Part shown: piece by piece, positions 36,561 to 45,339 of the stretch
Layout of the letters: every line of letters begins with the position of its first letter
Position numbering within the stretch: position 1 is the stretch's first letter
DNA from: TPA_inf: Saccharomyces
Taxonomy: Eukaryota
Assembly: GCA_000146045.2 (NCBI GenBank)
Contig: BK006934.2
Coordinates: forward strand, 320,001-384,000
Reading direction: 5' to 3'
DNA: 64,000 nucleotides
Position numbers and translations under genes: made by a program
The notes under the pieces: model-generated
Seen by the model: only the letters and a program-made list of their open reading frames with translations
Told to the model about the DNA's origin: nothing
Databases searched by the model: none

Positions 36561-38444
36561 ATGAATGAAATGGAAAACACAGATCCAGTATTACAGGATG
36601 ATCTCGTATCCAAATATGAGAGGGAATTAAGCACAGAACAGGAAGAGGATACGCCTGTTATCCTTACGCAGTTGAATGAAGATGGCACCACTTCGAATTA
36701 TTTCGACAAAAGGAAACTAAAAATTGCCCCTAGATCAACACTACAGTTCAAAGTGGGACCTCCATTTGAATTAGTGAGAGATTATTGTCCAGTCGTTGAG
36801 TCTCATACCGGAAGAACACTAGATTTACGAATTATTCCAAGAATTGACAGAGGGTTCGACCATATTGATGAAGAGTGGGTAGGTTATAAAAGAAATTATT
36901 TTACCTTAGTATCAACGTTTGAAACGGCAAATTGTGATTTGGATACTTTTTTAAAGAGCAGTTTTGATCTTCTCGTTGAAGACTCTTCAGTAGAAAGCAG
37001 ATTAAGAGTGCAATATTTCGCTATCAAAATAAAAGCTAAGAATGACGACGACGACACGGAAATCAATCTCGTCCAGCATACAGCGAAACGCGACAAAGGT
37101 CCTCAATTTTGTCCTTCAGTATGTCCGTTGGTGCCTTCCCCTTTGCCAAAACATCAAATCATAAGAGAAGCTTCAAATGTTCGAAATATCACTAAAATGA
37201 AAAAATACGATTCCACTTTTTATTTGCACAGAGACCACGTTAATTATGAAGAATATGGAGTGGACTCTTTATTGTTTTCCTATCCAGAAGATTCTATTCA
37301 GAAAGTTGCCCGTTATGAAAGAGTTCAATTTGCTTCATCAATTAGCGTGAAGAAACCATCCCAACAAAATAAACACTTTAGCTTGCATGTAATTTTAGGT
37401 GCAGTGGTAGATCCAGATACCTTTCATGGGGAGAATCCCGGAATTCCTTATGATGAACTGGCTTTAAAAAATGGATCAAAAGGGATGTTTGTGTATTTGC
37501 AAGAAATGAAAACGCCTCCTCTTATTATTAGAGGAAGATCACCTTCTAACTATGCGTCATCTCAGCGAATAACTGTGAGAACACCGTCGAGTGTCAATTC
37601 CTCACAAAACAGCACAAAAAGAAAAATGCCATCAATGGCGCAGCCGTTAAATGAAAGTTGCTTAAATGCAAGACCTTCGAAAAGGCGATCCAAAGTGGCG
37701 CTAGGTGCACCGAACTCTGGGGCCTCCATCTCGCCTATCAAATCTCGTCAATCCACACCAATGGAAGCTTCGAAGGAAAATGAGGATCCGTTCTTCAGGC
37801 CAAATAAAAGGGTGGAGACTCTTGAACATATCCAGAACAAACTGGGTGCTTTGAAAAATCAATGTCCAGATTCCTCTCTGAAATATCCGAGTTCATCTTC
37901 AAGAGGTATGGAAGGGTGTTTAGAAAAGGAGGATTTAGTTTACTCAAGTAGTTTTTCTGTTAATATGAAGCAAATCGAACTGAAACCGGCACGCTCTTTT
38001 GAACATGAGAATATTTTCAAAGTAGGCTCATTAGCATTCAAAAAAATCAATGAATTACCTCATGAAAATTATGATATAACAATAGAGAAGAAATCAATGG
38101 AACAGAATTATCTAAGACCAGAGATAGGCTCACGTTCTGAATGCAAAACAAGCTATGGTAACGAACTCTCCCTTTCAAATATTTCTTTCTCTATACTACC
38201 TAACTCAGCAGAAAATTTTCACTTGGAAACTGCACTTTTCCCAGCTACGGAAGAGGATGTGCCAAGGACATTTTCAAGAATATTAGAAACAGGTTCGTTT
38301 CAAAATTATTATCAAAAAATGGATGCAGAAAATGCAGATAGGGTATATTCGAAAGGGGTCAAGTTGATTGCAAGCGGTACTCTACCATCTGGTATATTTA
38401 ATAGGGAAGAATTGTTTGAGGAAGATAGTTTCTATAAGTATTAA
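36561..38444 (+). CDS. NDT80: Meiosis-specific transcription factor (Ig-fold NDT80/PhoG DNA-binding domain), 627 aa
   Basis: MNEMENTDPVLQDD N-terminus and the NDT80 DNA-binding domain region. 627 aa. Confidence 0.93.
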   Translation: MNEMENTDPVLQDDLVSKYERELSTEQEEDTPVILTQLNEDGTTSNYFDKRKLKIAPRSTLQFKVGPPFELVRDYCPVVESHTGRTLDLRIIPRIDRGFDHIDEEWVGYKRNYFTLVSTFETANCDLDTFLKSSFDLLVEDSSVESRLRVQYFAIKIKAKNDDDDTEINLVQHTAKRDKGPQFCPSVCPLVPSPLPKHQIIREASNVRNITKMKKYDSTFYLHRDHVNYEEYGVDSLLFSYPEDSIQKVARYERVQFASSISVKKPSQQNKHFSLHVILGAVVDPDTFHGENPGIPYDELALKNGSKGMFVYLQEMKTPPLIIRGRSPSNYASSQRITVRTPSSVNSSQNSTKRKMPSMAQPLNESCLNARPSKRRSKVALGAPNSGASISPIKSRQSTPMEASKENEDPFFRPNKRVETLEHIQNKLGALKNQCPDSSLKYPSSSSRGMEGCLEKEDLVYSSSFSVNMKQIELKPARSFEHENIFKVGSLAFKKINELPHENYDITIEKKSMEQNYLRPEIGSRSECKTSYGNELSLSNISFSILPNSAENFHLETALFPATEEDVPRTFSRILETGSFQNYYQKMDAENADRVYSKGVKLIASGTLPSGIFNREELFEEDSFYKY

Positions 38445-38477
38445 ATAAACTAATGATTTTAAATCGTTAAAAAAATA

Positions 38478-38569
38478 TGCGAATTCTGTGGATCGAACAC
38501 AGGACCTCCAGATAACTTGACCGAAGTTTTTTCTTCAGTCTGGCGCTCTCCCAACTGAGCTAAATCCGC
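38478..38569 (-). tRNA. tF(GAA): tRNA-Phe(GAA) with 19-nt intron
   Basis: The reverse complement reads GCGGATTTAGCTCAGTTGGGAGAGCGCCAGACTGAAGA[aaaaacttcggtcaagtta]TCTGGAGGTCCTGTGTTCGATCCACAGAATTCGCA. This is the canonical yeast tRNA-Phe with A and B boxes, a GAA anticodon and a 19-nt intron just 3' of the anticodon (about 38514-38532). Confidence 0.95.
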
Positions 38570-38700
38570 TTACTATTTGTTATCAGTTCCCTTCATATCT
38601 ACATAGAATAGGTTAAGTATTTTATTAGTTGCCAGAAGAACTACTGATAGTTGGGAATATTTGGTGAATAATGAAGATTGGGTGAATAATTTGATAATTT

Positions 38701-39025
38701 TGAGATTCAATTGTTAATCAATGTTACAATATTATGTATACAGAGTATACTAGAAGTTCTCTTCGGAGATCTTGAAGTTCACAAAAGGGAATCGATATTT
38801 CTACATAATATTATCATTACTTCTTCCCCATCTTATATTTGTCATTCATTATTGATTATGATCAATGCAATAATGATTGGTAGTTGCCAAACATTTAATA
38901 CGATCCTCTGTAATATTTCTATGAATAATTATCACAGCAACGTTCAATTATCTTCAATTCGGCTTCAGTACTGTATGAAATACTCGCTAACATTTTCTTT
39001 ATTCTATAATAGCACAGTGACACTT
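38701..39025 (-). mobile_element. Degenerate Ty1/Ty2 delta solo LTR (inverted orientation)
   Basis: Reverse-complement similarity to the delta consensus. It begins TGAGATTCAATTGTT (compare delta-rc TGAGAATTGGTG...) and contains TACTAGAAGTTCTC...GGAATC.ATATTTCTACATA and the rc of GGAAGCTGAAACGCAAGG-like blocks, ending near ..TTTATTCTATAATAGCACA (compare rc TATTCCAACA). Boundaries are approximate. Confidence 0.5.
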
Positions 39026-39084
39026 AAACGTCAAACGTGGCGCACATTAATATACGATGTATGCATTTGGCTTGACACTGCTGT

Positions 39085-39375
39085 AATAAGGAACATCATC
39101 ATCCGTCAACTAGTAGTCACATTAGTAGTGTATTATCACATGGTGTGTAAGAACATTACGTAAAGATTGAAAAAAAGTCATCAAAAATAAAGGAAGCTGA
39201 AACGCAAGGACTAGTAGTGTAATAGAATAATATTGTGTAAAAGTATCGATACCCTTTTTGGAATTATTGTATCTTCGAGGGTGGCTTTTAATATATTTTT
39301 GAAAACCTAATATTATAACCTTTCACAACAACGAAATCCCAACTGTTGTGTAATAATTTTACTCAATTCTTACTA
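39085..39375 (+). mobile_element. Degenerate Ty1/Ty2 delta solo LTR (direct orientation)
   Basis: Starts TGTAATAAGGAACATCATCATCCGTCAACTAGTAG (compare TGTTGGAATAGAAATCAACTATCATCTACTAACTAGTAT). It contains GGAAGCTGAAACGCAAGGACTAG...GTAATAGAATAAT and the tail CCTAATATTATAACCTTTCACAAC...GAAATCCCAAC...CAATTCTTA (compare delta 3' end). Boundaries are approximate. Confidence 0.55.
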
Positions 39376-39701
39376 TTGCTTTACCAATCCTTGTATTTGA
39401 GCTCTCATAAAGTTCGCTGACTACTTCTCACGACTCATGTCATCTCCTTATACTGTATATGATAATATACTGGTGGTGAATGACAGCAAACTCTTTCTGG
39501 AAAACTTCTTGTCCTAAAGAACAAAATCAGTGTAATGTGTAGGCCAGTGTTATGTTTTCATGAATATGACATCTGATAAGAATAAAACAACTGGTAAAAT
39601 GACTGCTTTTTCGGCTTATAAAATTCTAACATGTACATATTTTTTATAAAATGAAAATACTATTGTCCTTAATTGTACAATTTTTACATTTGGAGGCCAA
39701 A

Positions 39702-40181
39702 TTATAAAAATAATAGCGCTGCTACTCCAACTATATAACCCATGTTCTTGGATTCAACCTTCATACCAGCACCTTCATAGACAGAGACATTTGCGGTACT
39801 ACTTGGGGTAGTAGCAGCGGTAGTCTCAGGTCCAGACGCAGTGGCTTGGATTTGACCATCACTGATCTGTGAAATAGCGGCATCTTGCTTTTTGCCGGGT
39901 TGATGATCTGCAACAGCGCTTCTATTGGAACGATACAATGAGCCATTCCAACCACCCACATCATATACAGCTGCATTAGATATCTTTTTCTGCTGAGCTG
40001 CTAAGGACCAAGATGCGCTGCTGTTGAAGGCTTCATCAGTCGAATTAAATTTTCCTTCTATGTACGAGTTCGTACTATTCGCAAATTGTACGTCCAACGT
40101 GTCTGAGGAGTTGCTTACTTGTGCATGTGCAACTAGAATATTGGTGATGGCAAACAATGTGGAAACTAAAGTGCACTTCAT
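39702..40181 (-). CDS. ANS1: Ser/Thr-rich secreted/GPI-anchored cell wall protein, 159 aa
   Basis: Signal peptide (MKCTLVSTLFAITNILVAHA), S/T/N-rich body and a C-terminal hydrophobic GPI-attachment signal (GYIVGVAALLFL). YHR126C position. Confidence 0.8.
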   Translation of the reverse strand: MKCTLVSTLFAITNILVAHAQVSNSSDTLDVQFANSTNSYIEGKFNSTDEAFNSSASWSLAAQQKKISNAAVYDVGGWNGSLYRSNRSAVADHQPGKKQDAAISQISDGQIQATASGPETTAATTPSSTANVSVYEGAGMKVESKNMGYIVGVAALLFL

Positions 40182-40912
40182 GGTAGATTAATTATGATGT
40201 TCGTTTGATTCTGTTCTATATTTTTTATATGCTGACTGAACAGATTATAAAAATTAAATTACATGAAGTATTGAAGTTAATGTTGGCTATTTTTGAGGAG
40301 GAGGTTCACCTTTATATAGTATTCCTCGAGCTACAAAAACATGGATATTTTTACAAATGCTAGTAAAAAGGAAAGAGGTCAAAAGAAACGTTTGGCATCA
40401 AAAGTAATCAAAGTGGGGTCTAGATTTATAATTTGTACTACGAAGAATCGCGACTCAAGGTACCAGGTACGACTGAAACTTTCTTTTTGGATTTTCGAAG
40501 AGAGAAAAATTAGTTAGCATAAAAAGAAATATAAAAAAAAAGGAAAGGAAAAGTGTTCGAGACTTTACCATACAAAGAAATATTACGGTAGAAAAAAGAG
40601 CTGCACTTACCCAATACATATTGATGAGGTAGTATTCACGGTGAGAACAACTTACATCAACACCTCAGTTTGCCGAATCTGCAGTGATATTGTATCCAAA
40701 GTCTACTTTTCATCCTCATTTACTGTCATTACAGAAATTTGTCAGGAAAAGCAACCGGGTAAGGGAACTTTCAGGGCCAACGCGAAAAAAAAAAAGGTCC
40801 ATCCATAGATTTTTTAGAAGATACACACCGTGAATTGATTAGAGATCATAGTAACCTCAAAATATACAATGTCTTAGATTGGAGCAGGCAGAAATATCTA
40901 TCAGAGCACAAA

Positions 40913-41644
40913 ATGGCTAGAAATAGAACAACCTCCAAGAAAAATGTTCAAAGTAAACGCTTAATAGACAGAGTGGTTCCCATGGACAAGATTAAAAAAG
41001 TTGGCGTAGCGAAAAAAAAAACCGTAGAACACACTAAAGAAGGATTTAGCGTTGTCAACGGTAAGCTAGTAAGCAGCAATGACGTCGGTGTACTGTTAAG
41101 AGAAGCACAGGGTGCTATCGATAAAAGAACTAATGTTTCCCAAAGAAATAGGAAAAAGGGAATAAAGAATAATAGGCCCCACAAAGACATAAACAGCAGT
41201 CCTGACTGGGGCAATGCCCACAGAGGAACCGATTGGCAGAGCGAAAAAGCAAACGGCATGAACAGGGCCAAGAACTCTCGGAATTTTACCACTAATATTA
41301 AATTGCAGCGACAACATTTTGGCGAAGAAATACAAGGTGGCAGCCAGCTTGTGATATCTACAAATTCAGATGCTTCAGATAAATTGTTAATGCTATTCAA
41401 CCTAACTTTGGGAGTAAACCAAGAAAACTTGAAAAATGTTCTGGAAAACATTTCTCAGGTGCAGATAGCTCAAATTAGGGTTAGAGACCTGCCTTCAGGA
41501 TCTGCCACCGCTAAGGTCCGTCTGGCATATCCTACAACACAGTCTTTGGAGAAGGTAAGAAAACTGTTCCATGGCGCTCTAGTTGATGGAAGGCGCATCC
41601 AAGTGGTGATTGCATCTGATGAATCGTCCCACTTGTCGTATTAG
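40913..41644 (+). CDS. Basic nuclear protein of unknown function, 243 aa
   Basis: Lys/Arg-rich ORF in the YHR127W position. The track ORF carries 26 extra N-terminal codons; 243 aa starting MARNRTTSKKN matches length recall. Confidence 0.7.
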   Translation: MARNRTTSKKNVQSKRLIDRVVPMDKIKKVGVAKKKTVEHTKEGFSVVNGKLVSSNDVGVLLREAQGAIDKRTNVSQRNRKKGIKNNRPHKDINSSPDWGNAHRGTDWQSEKANGMNRAKNSRNFTTNIKLQRQHFGEEIQGGSQLVISTNSDASDKLLMLFNLTLGVNQENLKNVLENISQVQIAQIRVRDLPSGSATAKVRLAYPTTQSLEKVRKLFHGALVDGRRIQVVIASDESSHLSY

Positions 41645-42006
41645 AGTTTGTCAACGACACTCACAAGGTATTTAATCAGCAAAATCCCCGCCACAAACTA
41701 TTTTTTTGAAGACATGCTTTCTCATGACTGCCTAATAACAATACCTCATTCTACTAGTAATCGACCTATGTAATTATTTCATAAACTATAAAGCAGGTCA
41801 TTGCAATAACAGAAAGGCCGGTTTTTCTATAAGCTTATCTCATCGCATAAAAAATCGACAGTTGTAATTATCTCCGGCGGACTTTTCCCTTTCCGTCTTT
41901 TTTTTCAAAATTTTTTTTTTTTTCACTTCTTCTTTCAAAGCTGCCTCAAAAGAGATATATATATTGGTAAGAATCCTCTTCCAATACTAGCTTCATTTCT
42001 TCTTGA

Positions 42007-42765
<759 letters not shown>

Positions 42766-42998
42766 ATAAATCACACCCGAACACCATCTTGAAGGTTCAG
42801 AACGGCTGAAGCCGCATATCAACTTTTGGTTTCTACTGTTTTAAATTTCCTTTCTCGTTTTAAACCTTTGTTGCCGTCTCTTCTACTATCAATTTTGTTG
42901 TTCATGCATGTTTAATTACCTTTTTTTGTAAAAATAATATAAACGTATCAATGGCTATTTATAACAAATATGCTTGAAAAATCTAACGACTCTGTTTC

Positions 42999-44153
42999 TT
43001 ACATTAGGTTCGAATAAACACGGGTACTGTCCTCTAGCCAATCTGACTTTTTGGTCCAAAGTCTTTGAAAGGTAGATAACCCCGTTAAAATAGAACCACC
43101 AATCCATGTAGTATATTTTCTTTCTGAAGGGGCTATAATCTTTATCTTGGATGTTCCTTTGGTTAATGCCTCCAAATCCCATAGCATTCGGTCTCCAAAG
43201 CCTTTAAGCGTTGTAGTTCCGCCACTTAGGATTATCGATGACAGTAAAGGTTTCCTTAAATCCAGATCGACTTTCCAAATAGATTGCATGCACATATCAG
43301 ATAATCCATCGTACCCTAAGCCGATGATTTGAGGTGAAAATAATATTTCTGGAGCACGATATCGATCATTCCCCACCTCTATACACCTCCCGTCGGGCAA
43401 TTTGAATGTCGAGATTAAATCTTGAGTACCTTGTAAGTATTTCTCCTCTTCCTTTTTAATATTCTTGGCCAAATAACAAACTTTCTCTTTCATCGTGCGA
43501 ACAATCTCTCGTTCACTGCTGGAAAACAACGAAACACCAGCTGATTTCCGTAGTTGAAATTGTAACTGCTCTGTGATATCTGCTCCTCCAATATCCATCC
43601 TCATCATAGACGCAGGTAATGCAAAGCCGTCATATATGGGAACAGTGCTACAGTATCCTTCACCACAGTCAACTACACAACCTGTAGTTCTCCCACTAGC
43701 ATATAATGACAGAACAGCAGGGTTTGAAACGTACAAAGCCGATACGTCAAAGGTCTCGAACAATACTTGAGCCATCTGCTCTCTATTCTTCAAAGGATTC
43801 ATCGGGGCTTCCGTAATTAATAAAGGATGCTCACCTATATTTTGCAACTGTAGGACTTCATTTAACACATATGACCATATTAGTTCCATAGAATCCCAAT
43901 CTTCCACCACGCCGTGCTTTATGGGGTATCGTAATTTTAATAATCCACGCAGTTTTTGGGCATTGTTTCCAATAAATGTATCTCCTTGCAGACCTTCGAG
44001 CATAACTTTATCATATTTGGTATTTCCTACGAGACAATATTCCAGTGCTTTAGGCCTTTCCTCACCACTAAATCCTGCTTTTATGATCCCAGAACCATTG
44101 TCGATCACTACCGGTTGATTGTACAAAGCATAGCTGTCACTTAGCTGGTCCAT
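42999..44153 (-). CDS. ARP1: Actin-related protein (centractin, dynactin filament), 384 aa
   Basis: Actin fold motifs (VIDNGSG..KAGF, LTEAPMNP, GRTTG, ILSGGTT..GF.DR). 384 aa. Confidence 0.92.
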   Translation of the reverse strand: MDQLSDSYALYNQPVVIDNGSGIIKAGFSGEERPKALEYCLVGNTKYDKVMLEGLQGDTFIGNNAQKLRGLLKLRYPIKHGVVEDWDSMELIWSYVLNEVLQLQNIGEHPLLITEAPMNPLKNREQMAQVLFETFDVSALYVSNPAVLSLYASGRTTGCVVDCGEGYCSTVPIYDGFALPASMMRMDIGGADITEQLQFQLRKSAGVSLFSSSEREIVRTMKEKVCYLAKNIKKEEEKYLQGTQDLISTFKLPDGRCIEVGNDRYRAPEILFSPQIIGLGYDGLSDMCMQSIWKVDLDLRKPLLSSIILSGGTTTLKGFGDRMLWDLEALTKGTSKIKIIAPSERKYTTWIGGSILTGLSTFQRLWTKKSDWLEDSTRVYSNLM

Positions 44154-45339
44154 TGGCTAACTTTCTTTCTAATTCCTCAATTCGTGGTATAGCATTAGCA
44201 TGTACTCCTTGGTCTATGCCCTTTTATTAATTTGCTGTTTTATTGGGAATATCTGCTATTTGCTTCGCTATTATTCAATAAAGGTGTTTATCATTATTGA
44301 TGTGCATCGCGAAAATGGCCACTTTGGAAATGAACTTTTTCTTGAAAAGATTAATACAAACGGAAAAAGAGAAGGCAATAGGAAACTCACCGTCACACAG
44401 GTGTACTGTGTCCTTTGCTTTGAGCTCTTGTTCAGAACATTATGCTACTTAGCATTCTTTTATGAGCTTTTTTCTGTAGTCTTATTATAGGTTGATGAAA
44501 GCGTTACCTTCAAGAAATGATTTTTAACGTGGTATAATAAACACTGTTTATCATGGTAAAACAGGTATTTCTTTTATTCTTTGGAATTACCAGACGATAC
44601 CCATTCAAAATTCAACTTCTAATCAAACGTTGATCAATAAATACTGTATTATGTTGCTTGTTTGAAATTAGAGGCATTGCCTTTGTTAAATTGAAATATA
44701 AACTGGAAAAATGAAGCGAAAATAAAGTACTGTCTATAAACAAAAACCTTAAAATGATTAATGTTAACCTTTCTGAGCAACGAAGCAATCCATACGTATT
44801 GAAAGCTTTAGCTCTTGGAGTACGGTGTCGAGAAATCGAAGTAAGACCTAGTAGAAAATCATTAGTTTGTATAGACTAGTCAATGACAAAGTAATAGTTG
44901 AAAACAATACTGTCTTAGTTCGCAACCATTTATATATATTTAAACTTATTTTTTACAGCCCTTGCTAATTCCTGATGCCAAGTAACGAGGGGCAAATCAT
45001 CTGAGTATATACGTACATATACATCAATGATGCCAATCGGAAATGCTTTAACATTTCTGAAGAATTCTTTAAAAGGTTACTATTTTTACTCAATTCGAGA
45101 AAATGCAAAATATAATTACCCACTTTTATGTAAACATCGGTGTCAAAATCGTGAAATATACCGAATGATAATGTTGAAAAGAAACTCAAGTGCAAAAGAA
45201 AAAACACGATCCAAAGTGTATAGAATGAAATAAAAAAGAAATAGAAAAACTCCTCATCATGTAGCATATATCCGATGATAATATATATACTTTTAGTCAT
45301 GATATTAATTCTGCAAAAACAAGATTACTGCATCACAGC

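Noticed and set aside
38711-39163. 150-aa plus-strand ORF (YHR125W position) next to the tRNA
   Set aside because: It lies entirely inside the two degenerate delta LTR remnants. It is low-complexity and Ile/Leu/Asn-rich with no domain. It is an LTR-derived open frame, not a gene.
39670-39700. Near-match to an ARS consensus sequence (TTTTACATTTG, 10/11 to WTTTAYRTTTW) next to the delta LTR
   Set aside because: There is a single imperfect ACS with no evident B elements. AT-rich yeast DNA yields many such near-matches by chance. It cannot be called an origin from sequence alone.
40948-41451. 167-aa and 79-aa minus-strand ORFs antisense to YHR127W
   Set aside because: Chance antisense frames inside a basic protein CDS.
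44200-44490. 96-aa plus-strand ORF just upstream of ARP1
   Set aside because: Hydrophobic, low-complexity and AT-rich. It sits in the ARP1 promoter and has no support.
44965-45300. 111-aa minus-strand ORF (YHR130C position)
   Set aside because: AT-rich, hydrophobic, low-complexity, with no motif. Classed as dubious in this neighbourhood. Kept only as part of the gene-poor interval finding.
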